A stretch of 63,665 nt of DNA, filler included, from Choristocarpus tenellus KU-1152 (lineage: Eukaryota > Protista > Phaeophyceae): NCBI GenBank assembly GCA_964200185.2. It is 12 parts of 12 records of this genome, joined end to end, with 100 filler letters (N's around TTAATTAATTAA, not from the genome) between each part and the next. Parts side by side here need not be neighbours in the genome. Positions count along the whole stretch, not along the records: positions 36,489 to 41,179 come from CAXNAD020013449.1; positions 41,280 to 46,179 come from CAXNAD020012608.1; positions 46,280 to 49,815 come from CAXNAD020019394.1; positions 49,916 to 53,246 come from CAXNAD020020752.1; 8 more parts are not named here. One strand, given 5' to 3'. Positions 37,277 to 50,022 of this stretch are shown piece after piece (the stretch's first letter is position 1; each line of letters opens with the position of its first letter). The position numbers and the translations under genes are program-made. The notes below the pieces were generated by a model that did no database searches, was not told where the DNA came from, and saw only the letters and a list, made by a program, of their open reading frames with translations.

Positions 37277-38676
37277 CTCATAGTCCTGGACAGGTACATC
37301 TGAGTAGCCCGCAGTGACAAAAAGGATGACCACGATGAGCACCACCATAATGGCCACAACAATCATGTACTTGGAAGCCGCACACAAGGCCTTTAATGGG
37401 TTGTGTCGACCCCTGACACACAGAGAAAAAAATATCAAGACACGTGAAGGAAGGGGAAGCAAGTACTGTTTCGCGTTTCAAAATACTAGGAATACTAGTG
37501 CATATTTAAGTTTCACAACAAAAGAGAAGTAAAAGGCACTGATCTGAAAATATGTGCGGCAGAAGTACAAAGGTAGGAGAGAGAAATAGACTTATAACGC
37601 ACAAGCATAGTCAAGAACGGCTAGAAAAGTTCGGCATCACACTCATTACTAGCTTATGTGGATGTCGCCGCAAATACTTGTTATAGGATCTCCCAGTCCA
37701 AGCCTGGGGACTTAAACTCACGTCAACGCCAAGGAGTCGTCCTCCTCATAGTAAAACATGGTGAAGGGAATTACAAAGAAAGCAAGAAGGAAGGTGAGAA
37801 TGAAGATGGTGAACCAAGCAGCCCTCATATCGATGGACCCACAAAATACATCGCTCCATGACTGACTGCAATCCACATTGCCGGAATTATTGGCGGCATC
37901 GATGGGAAGCATTACAACCGCAAGTTCTGCCAGCGTCAGTGACGCCACCTACTCTCGTGTCAGTTGTAGAAGTCATTATCACGAAGACGGCAACAGGAAG
38001 AGTAAGGGATGGCGCGACGTTGGTAAAAGTTAACCTATTGTTGAAAGGGCACAGATCGGGGGCAACTCTATCTCTTGCAATAGTAGCAAGACACAGCTAG
38101 CATCACTGTGACCTTAAATTCCACCAACAGCTTGAGCTATTGATGAATAAAAGCACCCGAGGTATCCATTCCATGGTGCAACAGGCACTGCTAGATCATT
38201 AACAGCCTAATCAAGGGGCCTAGATTAATATGTAACGATGACTACATTCACAGGCGCTGGGGGAAAATTCCACCGCGTGCCGATAGCAAGGGAGAAGAGT
38301 GAGGTTCCGGATTCTAATACCCTTCTTCGCTCCAAGACCTTGTTCGAAAGTCGACAAGACAAAGCCGCCATCTACCTCCGTGAGGTTGATAGCGTTAAAC
38401 GTCCTAGGCCTGAAGAAAGAGAAACAAACGCTATATATAGTTCTACCCTCAAGCGAACCCCAGTTGAGGCATATGATGTGTTCGATGGTGTTCAACAGGA
38501 AGAGGTTAGCCAGAAAAGGTACCCACCACCACAGTCTTGGGGTAGTACGCTTCATTCTTGTCGTCGGGGTGCTGCCATATCACAAGGATGTATACATTGA
38601 TAGCGACAAGGATGAAGATTGCGATGAAAATAACGATGTAAAGCCACCAGTTCGCCTCGATCCCAAACCCAGCCAT
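37277..38676 (-). CDS. LMBR1-like membrane protein, 5' part
   Basis: Exons 38676-38527, 37948-37722, 37412-~37277. Motifs YILVIWQHPDDKNEAYYPK, VVMLPIDAAN, VIPFTMFYYEEDD. Confidence 0.9.
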
Positions 38677-38859
38677 CTTTGGTTTGCTGTTCTGGGTTGT
38701 CACCAAACTAGGCAAAGAACCTGGTCTGTGTGTGTGTTGTTGGAATCAATTTCCACCTCCAGGGGGTGATTTGGTGTGAGGAAACGGTAAGGACATCTAC
38801 TAATAATTCTAACCAACCGTCCACCCTCTACCCCTCAAGACACAACCTCGAACGACAAC

Positions 38860-39537
38860 ATGCCGACGACGGAAAGTATGGACAAGGTCATGGGGCCAAT
38901 AAGAATACAGGACACAATGAAGGGGCGAATGATTACAGATAAATTTCGGAGTACATCCTCTAAGCCTGACGTTAATGACAGTGGCGCTCGGAAGACAATT
39001 GACCCCCCCCCCCCCATCAGACCCATCGGAGACGACACAAAGTATTGGGATTTCGCTTTCCGTTTGCTTTCGAAAAATGAGCTGGGACACAAATGCAGAG
39101 AGTGTAGGCAACCGTTCGCAGATACTAATGATGTCATCGCAGTAAGAAGGTGAAGTCCATCAGGGAACAGAATACATACGCACCGACTCAGTTTGCAAAG
39201 TATGTTCATGATTGTACCGATGGTCTGCTGTTTGATGACGCCATCCAGGAAAGCAGCAGTGCTGCATTTTCCCCCTTGATTGTCCTTTGGATGCCAATGC
39301 CAATGTGGAAGACTTATTCACCTGTACCCTTGAAATTCTCGTTGGTTACTTCTATATCAACTATGCAGGGGGGGGCGTATTGAGCTGAGGTATCATGAGC
39401 AGTGCTTCAGCGGCCTGGCAGACCCTCGGACCCAGCCAGCAAGCTCTGCCAATATGGGCAAATTTTCGAACAGCTTACGTGGAACCGAGGCCCCCCATGA
39501 GATGTACCGCAAGATGAGGACCCGGGGTCATTGGTGA
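38860..39537 (+). CDS. Small uncharacterised protein with a PARP-type-like zinc finger (CxxC...HxxC)
   Basis: Exons 38860-39149 and 39369-39537 (phase 2, GT-AG) join to CRECRQPF...IAVRRGGRIELRYHEQCFSGLADPRTQ...W*. Start codon uncertain. Confidence 0.78.
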
Positions 39538-41279
39538 CGGGCACTGCATAGATTAGTGGTACTACCCTGTGTTCGTATGAATGGAGTGTAGGGGTATTTA
39601 TTTCAACTACTACAGAGTGCACTATACGCTCGCTTGTTTAATCGTTTCCCTCAGTATCCTGGTAAGAGCAGTTGGACCTTGAGGTCTTACATGTATTGGG
39701 ATGTTGGTGCCAGATATCTTGGAACAGCAGACTAAACACTCCAATTTTATCATTATTGTTCTTCTTCTATATACCTCAAGTAGTGTTTATTGTTTCATTG
39801 TTGTGTGTTTCGTGTTGGTGATAGTCATGTGCTTTTAATGCTCTAATAGACTCTACTTAATGCCAAGCGTGTGTTATATTTGGGTAAATCTACACTATAT
39901 GTACATGATAATTGTACAGAATATCACATTTTAGTCATGAGAAAACAAATGCAGTGTAGACCAATAACTTTGTAAATGCCAGAGAGCGGTCCATGTAATA
40001 TCAGAATCTACACATGTATAGAGAGCTTGTATCTTATTTTCCCTTGAGAAATTGAGTAATTCTGCTAAACCATTGATATGATGCAATGATCTTTTAAGGC
40101 GGAACAGGTACCTCTGTATAGTTGGCTTTCCAATGCACACTGCCTACCAGAAATGACAGTAGTGGTCAGAGTGACAGAGCAAGCATTTATTCTGGTGTGG
40201 TCCATTGCTATGGTGATTTGTGTACCACGTGTTGGAACTTAGTACCTTTGTGCTCATGGAATTAGAAGCCCCTGTGCTGAGGGAGAGAGGGAAGCAGAGG
40301 GTACTTTCCGTACAGTACTGTTATTATCAGAAGACCTCCGGGAACTGGATCCCTAAAAAGACTGTATATACTTCATGTACATATGTGTGTGTATGCAGGA
40401 GGGCAGCAACTTACCGGATGGAATATGTTTCGAAACTGACACTTGCTTATAGGGGCTAGTGCTCCAATATATACAACACTGAGTGGGAACAGAGGTCTAG
40501 ACAAGGTCTCAGAACATTACGGGCAATAATGGAGTGATGAGACCAATAATGACGACATTAGGTTGTGTTCGTGCTCCAATCGACACTCTTGGTATTCATC
40601 TCAGCACTATCTGTATACGACAGTTATGTATCTCACAGAAGAGGAAACACTTAGTTCCTCCTAGAGAGGGGATAGAGAAGTCTCTAGAGCATCATTTCTG
40701 AGCCTGTTGTGCAGTAAGAATGTTGTATTTGCTCTCTCTCCCTCTCTCTCTCTCTCTCGCACCTAAGACCCTGAATTCTTTTCACCAGGATATTTTACTT
40801 TGCTGTCACCAGACGGAAAGGGGTGAGCATCTGTTGCGATCATCATAGTACTCCACTTCCCTTCTACCTCTGTAGCTACTTGAAGAGATCAAAAAGAAAC
40901 AAAAAGGAACATTTTCAGCAGAACGTTTCTAGATTCTTGGAGAGATTGTGTAGCTCGCCACCATTGCAGAGTTAAATAAATGACAACGATCACACCCAGC
41001 TACCCAACACTAACGTTTGGGGAGGGGGGATGTTCCTATTGTTAGACGACAAGAAAGAGCGTATACAAAGATAGCAAACAGCGCTCACACTCTTACAAAA
41101 AGTGAGAGTTTATGAAGTAAACTGAGTTTTGTGGGCGGGAGAATTCTGGTTGGCGGGGGGCACAAGACAAGAGTGTGGGNNNNNNNNNNNNNNNNNNNNN
41201 NNNNNNNNNNNNNNNNNNNNNNNTTAATTAATTAANNNNNNNNNNNNNNNNNNNNNNNNNNNNNNNNNNNNNNNNNNNN

Positions 41280-42705
41280 GTACTGAACTCGAAATTGCTG
41301 GTATTAGCACTGCTGGCAGCTGGTCTGCACACGGTTGCAACTGAAAGAAATACAGGGCATCGAATCTGAACATGTTGGTATTACCACCGCTGACAGGTGG
41401 TGTGTACACGGTTATAAAGGTAAAAAATACAGGGTACTGAACTCGAAACCGCTGGTATTAGCACTGCTGGCAGCTGGTCTGCACACGGTTGCAACTAAAA
41501 GAAATACAGGGCATCGAATCTGAACGTATTGGTATTACCACTGGTGACAGGTGGTGTGTGCACGGTTGGAATCGCAAATATATACGGGGCATCGAATCTG
41601 AACATGTTGGTGTTACCACTGCTGACAGGTGGTGTGTACACGGTTGGAAACGCAAATAAATACAGGGCATCGAATCTGAACATATTGGTATTACCACTGC
41701 CAGCTGCTGGTGAGTACACGGTTATAAAGGTAAAAAATACAGGGTACTGAACTCGAAACTGCTGGTATTAGCACTGCTGGCAGCTGGTCTGCACACGGTT
41801 GCAACTGAAAGAAATACAGGGCATCGAATCTGAACATATTGGTATTACCACTGCTGACAGGTGGTGTGTACACGGTTGGAATCGCAAATAAATACTGGGC
41901 ATCGAATCTGAAAATATTGGTAATACCACTGCTAACAGGCGGTGTGTACACGGTTGGAAACGCAAATTAATACAGGGCATCGAATCTGAAAATGTTTGTA
42001 TTACTACTGCTGGCAGCTGGAGTGTACACGGTAGTAAATGAAAAAAATACAGGGCATCGAATCTGAACATTTTGGTATATCCGCTGCTGGCAGCTGGTGT
42101 GTACATGGTTGAAAAGGCTAAAAAATACAGGGCATTGAATCCGTAAATGTTGGTATTGAGTCAAAGTATCTTAGAGGGAAGGACCTTGTCCATTTGAGGG
42201 TCAAAATCCAATGTTGCGATTTTGATGTAATTTTGGCTATCGTTTTTGTTGGGAAGCGTCAATATCCTTATTTCGGACACATCTTTTCATGACGTATACA
42301 TTTTTACTACTGCGAAACGTTTCGGAGTAGAAAAATGTAATAAAAATACACCATGGGAAGTCAAGCCCCAAAATGGACAAACAGGGCAAAACTCGTACCC
42401 TCTAAGATACTTTCAGTATATTACCACTGCTGATAGCTGGTGTGTACGGTTATAAAGGTGACAAATACAGGGAACTGAATTTGTCAATGTTGGTGTTACT
42501 AGCATTGACAGGTGGTGTGTACACGGTTGGAAACGCAAACAAATACAGGGCATCGAATCTGAAATAGTTTGGTGTTACCACTGCTGAGAGGCGTTGTGTA
42601 CACGGTCGGAAACGCATATAAATACAGGGCATCAGGTTTATGTATGTTGGTGATACCACCATCTGCAGCTGGTGTGTACACCGTTGTAAAAATAACAAAT
42701 ACAGC
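41280..42705. repeat. 77/78-bp satellite array, about 15 units, with a 310-bp higher-order repeat
   Basis: TACAGGG anchor at 41351, 41428, 41505, 41583, 41661, 41738, 41815, 41893, 41971, 42048, 42126; continues after the MITE. Confidence 0.93.
42158..42418 (-). mobile_element. MITE family A, copy 7, inserted in the satellite
   Basis: TSD TATT/TATT; neighbouring units show the empty site TGGTATTACCAC. Confidence 0.92.
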
Positions 42706-44327
42706 CACTTGGGTAAACTATCATGTCAGCCACATGCTAATACATGCTACGTGAACGGACGATAGCTGCAACATCCACCAAAGGCGCTGGAATCATGACG
42801 GTGTGTTTGCCATATTGGTCATTCAGAGACGCCCCAGTGTAGGCTGCATGAAGGGTGAACGTTTCTTGTATGGGGACTCATCTTCTGGGTTCCCTTTGGA
42901 GGCATTGCGGCGTTCGGTGGTTGGACTAAGCCTCTCAGTTGATTGCGGGATGTCTGCATGGGTGGGCACGTTCGAAATGGGACAAGAGAAACAAACAGAA
43001 GGAGAGAGGGGAAATGTTTTGCACATCGAGTCAGGCCCAGGGAGGATGGCATGTCGCGGTCGGTTCACATCATCCTCCAGCCGTACGCACCTGATCACCT
43101 TGCACGAAGTGGAAGTCTTGTTGTCTTTTTACCTTCCGACACGCCCAGTATTCAGCGTCACGTACAGCGCACTGGGTTAGCCACAGACGATCCCGATTCT
43201 GATGGAAGGGATGCACACCTATCCTCTCTTGGCCAAGAAGGTATGGTTCTTTGAGGCTATTTTTTTTTAGTTATATAACAACTTCACAATAATCAATTAG
43301 AGAACAACCGCCTTTATGGAATGTTGTACCCCTAATATTAAATAAAAGTGTATATTTTGTGGTTACGAACATTTTAGTTGGGGTGCTCCTTTTCATCGGG
43401 AATAAAAAAGGATATTTAATAAAGGTAATTTTGCTCTCTTCACATATGTTTTGAATTTTCTATGCATGTCTATGATGGTGTTGAACCGGAACAAATACAG
43501 ACAAAAAAATGTATATATATGTATATATATGTATATATGTAACTCTCCATGCGCTATTATTTCGTCATTAGTGCGAGAGGGTCAAAACTTAGATTTCGCA
43601 TCTCTTTTTTCATACAATTGCGGTTGTGTAGACTTATATTATAGTGCAAAACAAAAGAACTTTCGCCCAACCACATAAGCGACAATACACCACACTCCCT
43701 CATTCTGTCGACAACAAATCAGCAGACGTGGACAACATAGAGGAATCGTTGTCGCAGTTCTTCGAGAAGACCAAACCCTTCGCACCGCAGATGTACGATG
43801 ACGACCTGCCAGCCACTGGGGGATCTCGCTAACAACGGGAATGAACCCATGACTCCGGAGGGGTAGACCCCAGGACATCCCAAAGGCAAAGCCAGGCTTC
43901 CGTCGCAGCGAGACACACTCCAATGTAGCCTGCGCGTTCTGTAATTACCTGAAGGAGGGATTAGCGCTTGAAGACTAGGCATAGCGAAGCATATGGTGAT
44001 CGTATCCTTCCGAAATCATATATTTGGATCGAAATCAGAGAGACGTGGTGTTCACCAGTTCCACCATAATTCCGACCCGGTGCCGCACACGTCCTCCCAT
44101 CAAGAGCAGAACGAAACCTAAAGAGGAAGTCCGTGTTCCCCGATATCCTCGATCCGATATGTATCGAAAAACGATATTCCTTCCAGTTCCTGTTTACGAT
44201 CCCAACCCTAGCACCTGTCCCAACCCTAACGCTGTAGCCTAATCCTGACACCGTCTCTCACCCTTACACAATAACGAAATTATGCCCAGTGATATTTCGT
44301 CCTTCCTTCATCTGCCCGCCTCATGTC

Positions 44328-44640
44328 ATTTTCGCCATACTTTAACGTTCGACAAAGTATGGCAAAAAGTGCAACTGTCCACATACCAACTTATTTGAAG
44401 CAACACGCATCATTTCATTTTTGCCGTACTTTGTCATACCACAAAGTGTGGAAAATTGCGGTGGTCCATATGCCAACTTTTTTCAGGCCACACGCCTCAA
44501 GTAGTTCATACGAGAAGTATATGATGCAGTGTGTAGCACCTCTGATCACTCGACATACTTTATCGTACGGCACTGTACGGCAAAGTATGGCAAAAGTTGC
44601 GGCTGTCCACATATTAGCCTCTTTGAAGCCGCATGCCTCC
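44328..44640. repeat. Three diverged hairpin-containing repeats
   Basis: GCCATACTTT...AAAGTATGGC stems near 44330, 44418 and 44552, each followed by a similar tail of about 45 bp. Confidence 0.7.
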
Positions 44641-46319
44641 AAACCATCGTTCTTGACTTACTACAAAACTCAATTGCGAACCCACATCCTCCACAGAGAA
44701 AGGAGCGCATATGATGGTATGCGCGTGTGGGGATATGTGCTAACCGACATCACATGAAACGTCCAGTATCCCTTACACCACAAAACCCATCCTACACTTT
44801 ACTTTAACGTTCGATAGAACACGTCAATTGTAGTACATACATGCGCCATTAGTGTCTGTGGCGACATCTTCCATGCACTTGTGAACTACTTCCCCCCAAA
44901 ACACAGATGAAAACACACATTCTACCATTCGACAAACTACCCCCATTCACTTCATCCGACGTTCTTCATGGCACGTTTTCGTAACCTTTTAGATGTGGCT
45001 TGAGATTGACAGAATACGCGATGCACACCTTTTCAGGATATTTTACTTGGGGCGGTTTTGGTTCTCGATGTATCAAACACACCCTTCACCATGCTTTCAA
45101 AGTGGGGTGTCATCCAACACGACCGTACTCTGTGGAACACTTTGTGACCAAACATTGTGCAAGCCCCTTCCACCGAACAAAGATGCAGTATTATCTATGT
45201 TCGCATCACGAAGATACATCGCTAATGTCAAAGGGAAACAAACCCATCCAACTCAGATTGTAACCTCGTTTGGATCCCACTCAGGAAACGGGGACTAAAG
45301 AGACTGCCCAAGTTTTAACCCCTTCTGTCCGTCTCAGCAAGAAAATACGACATCAACGTCGACACACTAAGTCATCTGCCAAAAAACGCACGGAATTCAT
45401 GCGAGAAATGCGGCGACAGGCGAGCCCCTCTACTTCGGCTGCCAATGACGATGGAGGATTGCCTCCTGTATCCGACACCCACGCCCCTCGCTACTCTCCT
45501 CAAGACACCGCCCACAGGTATGGAAGTTCGTTCTCATCAACCATCAACGGTGTGACACACATAACTTGGTCCCCGGGCGAACACGTCCACTGTATGTCGA
45601 AAACAATTTCATCACTAACAGATGCCCAGATGATCCCTCGTATCCTGATCCCTCATATCCTGGTGCACAACCGACACACGCCCCCATCTCCCATTGTTAC
45701 CTCAGACAATACGGCAGACCAAGGGTATGCGACGTGAGAAGGGGCAGATCCTTGCGACATTTCGATGTGCAGCATCCCGATACACATGTTCTTGGTATCA
45801 CCGTATGGGAGAGCAACAGCACCACCATGCCCTACGATCTGGTCACATCTCACGATTCCACCCAGGGCATGCACTACTTAGACCCGCATACGAACAAGAG
45901 AGTTTGTCGCCCATGCACTGTGCCAACAGCACGCTCAGAGGTACTCTGCGCTAGAGAGTGCCATCCTCACAAATATTGCGCATATCCACCCTCAACACTT
46001 TATAGATAAATCATTGCAACATGTTCATCCTCGACCAACACAACTCTAACATTGCACTACATATACGTGGCGCAACCAATGTGACAACAGGTCACAGATT
46101 GGGATAGATGAGGATGTCTACGCCAACTTCAGGGAGAGATTCGAACAGGAGGGGAGGGCTCGTAGTATCTGGGGGGGGGNNNNNNNNNNNNNNNNNNNNN
46201 NNNNNNNNNNNNNNNNNNNNNNNTTAATTAATTAANNNNNNNNNNNNNNNNNNNNNNNNNNNNNNNNNNNNNNNNNNNNGGACAAGTTGATCCATGAACA
46301 GGTCGTTGAGAGCCAGGGG

Positions 46320-48085
46320 GGGGGGGGACTGACCTCATGCGACCAATGCCCCATTCATTCAGATGTCCAAGTTGCTGGTGCCACAGCTTAATGAAGGACA
46401 ACAACTTAGTACTGAAAGCTGAGAGGGGTGATGGGGATAATGGGGGTGCCAAAGCACAGGTTCAAGAGTGCATAAAGTACAGCAATGCTGCAGTGTGGGG
46501 GGGGGATTTGAGTTTGCCTAGCGAGGGTGGTGAGAAAACCTTGATGCTCGCTGAAGAGGCAGAGTAGAGATACCTACTCAAACCAGGAACCAGTAGCACC
46601 AGGAAGGATGTTCACAGAGGCGTATTTTTGAGTCAATCGGACAGTGGCCAAAACGAGTGCAGTTGTGTTACCAATCGGTTTGACACCTCCAATACCCTGG
46701 ACTGTGACAGAAAAGGGCTAATGGGGGTGATGCGAGACAGGAGTGAAGCCACTGGGGGAAGAAGTAGGGAGTCGAACATATGTGTAGTGCAGCTTGAGTT
46801 GATGACTGCAGGGATGATTTCATGACATGTGGTGAAGACATGGGTATAGGTGGTCGTGCCTACAGTGAAGGTGAGGGAGTAGTATCCATGTTCATCCCTG
46901 CCCATCCCTGCCCATGCCATAAGGAACCAGTGTGGAAGGAGTGGTGGTTGCGACATGCAGAGTTAGATTGGTAAAAGAGGAATCAATTGGCAGCGTAAGC
47001 AGTTAGCTGACCTGGTTTGCCTGACTTCCTAGAGGGATGGCCTGCTGCGCCTGGTGTGCCAGGGGTGCCTTATGTCCATGAGGGGTGGCCAGTTGACCTG
47101 AAGGGTTTGATCCAATAAGTCCTGGTCATTGCTGAGTCCCAGCGGCTGACCTGCACCATAATCATGGTACATGGCAAGTTCAATCAGAGTGTGACTATTT
47201 GGTGAACAGAGCACCAGTTGTCTGGAGTAGGGACCACGGGACGGGCCTGTAATTGAGGGCACATGTAGGTGAAACGGTCAGGCTATTTGCAGTGACGGCA
47301 AGGATGAATTTTCATTGAGGAAAAAATTGGTGGTGCCAGGGTTAACTGAAGGGTCAGTGTTGAGGTCATCATTGTAGAAGTGAACCTGGTTGCTTACAGA
47401 ATCATAGTAAGCAGACATTTCCGCATTCAGAATAGTTTGAAGCCGGAAGTCACTCATGATCTCACCAAACCCCTCTAATTCAGCCTTGTACCGGTAGATG
47501 CGCCTGGGTCATTGATCAAGGTCTTCACCAGGTTTCTCGCGGTCCAATCTGTCCACTGACTGCATCTGTTGCTCTTTGACAGCCTCGTACTTGTCCTTCA
47601 GGGCCTTCTAGGTGGCAAAGACAATCATTCAAGACACACTAATCATGTTGCTGGAGGCTGTGGACGACATCCTTAGTGGGTCCATGGTATGTGGTGAGGA
47701 TGTGACCAAGGAGTTAGTGGTGGCATTGAACTCCAGCTGCACATTAGTTGGGATGGTCAGCATCACTGCAGTGTTGGTCTTGATCTCCTTCAGAACAGAG
47801 AGTCGCTAAAGCAACAAATGAGGACGATGTGGCAGTCAGGAGAGATACGGGGCAGAAGTGGGCCAAGATCTTGCACCTTTCGTGTTGGCGTGTGAGCCAT
47901 CTCTGGAGAACGTTGACGGTCAGAATTTCTGGTCCATTGTACACGATGATGTTGATGCAGTGAAGATGTAGACAGGAAAAGTGCTGAAGCGCAAGGTGTA
48001 TCCGTCCGGTGTTGAGAACCGCTGAGACAAACTGTGTCCTTACCTAGCTTTGTCGAAGGTGTGAATAGAGGCTCATAGCCCAACA
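46320..48085 (-). mobile_element. Ty1/copia relic (PBS, gag, GAG-pre-integrase)
   Basis: PBS GGCTATGAGCC at 48080-48070; ALKDKYEA...PGEDLDQ...YKAELEGFGE; LWHQQLGHLN. Confidence 0.82.
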
Positions 48086-48463
48086 GAGCTAGAGAGATTG
48101 CGACCCAGGGGTCCCATGGTGGATGCTGCACTGGTCGTGTTATCACAGTGCTGATGATGCCGATGATGATCTGAGAAAAGTCTCATTCATTCAGGATGGA
48201 TAAATGGATTATACTCTGAGGAGAGACTTGTTCCTTGAGAGAGAGGGGGACGATTGATGATGCTCTGTGCAGAGGCTTGAACCTAGAGCAAGTAAAATAA
48301 AAATAAATCAATGAATGTGAATCTGTGATTGCATGTGTTCTAGTCTAGATGGCGCGAATGATATGCGGTGTACCTCAGTCAGTTACAATTGTTGAAAAAT
48401 TAATTGCAATGTTCTACCAACTAGCATACAGTGTTGATGACCATTGAATGAAGACCAATCACA

Positions 48464-48467
<4 letters not shown>

Positions 48468-48506
<39 letters not shown>

Positions 48507-48529
48507 TCTCTCTCTCTCTCTCTCTCTCT
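48468..48529. repeat. Compound microsatellite (TG)n(CT)n
   Basis: Direct observation. Confidence 0.95.
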
Positions 48530-48844
48530 GTGCACAGTGCATGCAGGTGCGATGGGATACAGTCCCCAAACAAGCAAGGCTGGTCCGTTGCACAAGCATG
48601 TGCACACATACACAAAGAACTTGAGCAGGGGAACAACCAACAGGGCAATGAGCCAACCGTTCTGTGGTGTGTTCCATAAACACAGATACAAGTATCCACA
48701 GAGAGCTTCACGTCTGCCAAAATCCAACACAATCATTCGACCACTACTGTGTTTGAAAAGACCAAAATAGCTCGATCTCCACCCCCAAAAAAGTAAAAAA
48801 AAAAAAAAGGTCCTCAGATCACTCCATTTATTCCTCCTCCGCAC

Positions 48845-49337
48845 CTGCACCCCACTATCATGGGGGAAGAGCTCCTCCAGAACCGGCAATGTCACCTCTG
48901 CAATGTCTGAAAGTGAGAGCGGCAGTGACGATGCTGGCAACCGACTCGGCCCTGACTCCATCGGATGCACACTCTCACCCTCATTCAAGCCACCAGGTGG
49001 ACCTCCTGCCGAACCCGATACAGTATGCATTTCCGCCTCTGGCCCCTTGGACACCTCCTTGTCTGGTACATCATAAGCGTTCGAGGGCTGGAAGGTCTGC
49101 ACTGCCAAATCCGCCAAACCATCCTCCACCTTGCCCTCGTTCAAACCCAGGTCCCCATCGCCACACAGAGTTTGCAGATAGAGATGCTCTGTCCCATCCC
49201 AGCCTGGGAAGCCACCTCCAATATCGAGGAGTTTCAGCACAAGCCCCTGTGCTTTGGCCATGTCAAAGACTTGCCTGGCTACTCGTAATGCTGCAGGGTA
49301 GGCATTCGCATCCTGACAGCCACTGCCACAGTGGAAA
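48845..49337 (-). CDS. Internal exon of an ornithine decarboxylase (fold-type III PLP enzyme)
   Basis: SFHCGSGC...AY..AL..AR.VFD.A...G....LLDIGGGFPG; bounded by CAG| at 49337 and |GTGCGG at 48845. Confidence 0.85.
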
Positions 49338-49915
49338 CTGTGCAGGGATGGGGAGGTTGGGAGTTGGCAAGTTGGCAAGTTGGCAAGTTGGAGATAGTGT
49401 AGACGAGTTGTGGGAGAGGGCTTGAGGTCATTGTAAGGCAGGTGTTGGGAGGGACGGCAGAGGAATACAGTCCATTTCATGGGTATGGATGTAGCATAAA
49501 GGATACGAATTTTCAGGAAGGTGGGAAATAAAAATATAGACACAAGAGAGGGGTGGGTGAAGATCCCCCTTGCGTACCCTTCCCCCACCTTGTACAACGA
49601 GATCAAGATGAAAACGGAGTTCAGTCGTAGTAAAACCTAACACGTGGGGGGGGGGGAGGGCGTTAAAGACAACACACCTCAACATAACTCAAAAAAAGAA
49701 TCAGAGAAAAAGTCCTTTAATCCAGATACAACGATCAGAACCGGGGGGGGGGGGGGGGGGGGGGGCCCCCCACCCAACCCTCCCCCCCCCAACAACCAAA
49801 CCCCAACCCCCCCCCNNNNNNNNNNNNNNNNNNNNNNNNNNNNNNNNNNNNNNNNNNNNTTAATTAATTAANNNNNNNNNNNNNNNNNNNNNNNNNNNNN
49901 NNNNNNNNNNNNNNN

Positions 49916-50022
49916 ATAGTCCCGCTCCATCCTCAATTTTGCGAATCCCCTGTTTCTTGCTGAATTTGGTCCAAATGGACACCTTGGTTTAAACCTCACC
50001 CCCCTCCCAGATACTTTGGGTC
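49916..50022 (+). mobile_element. MITE family B right part, nested in the TIR of a family A copy
   Basis: CCAAATGGACACC...CCCAGATACTTTGGGTC directly followed by TTAGAGGGTAC. Confidence 0.75.

Noticed and set aside
41280-42705. CRISPR-like array or 26-aa repeat protein
   Set aside because: Whole units are homologous, with no unique spacers and no cas genes. The 77-bp units shift the frame, so it is not a continuous coding repeat.
48383-49606. 407-aa ORF as a full protein
   Set aside because: Only 48845-49337 is exon-like. The rest is intron and microsatellite read-through.
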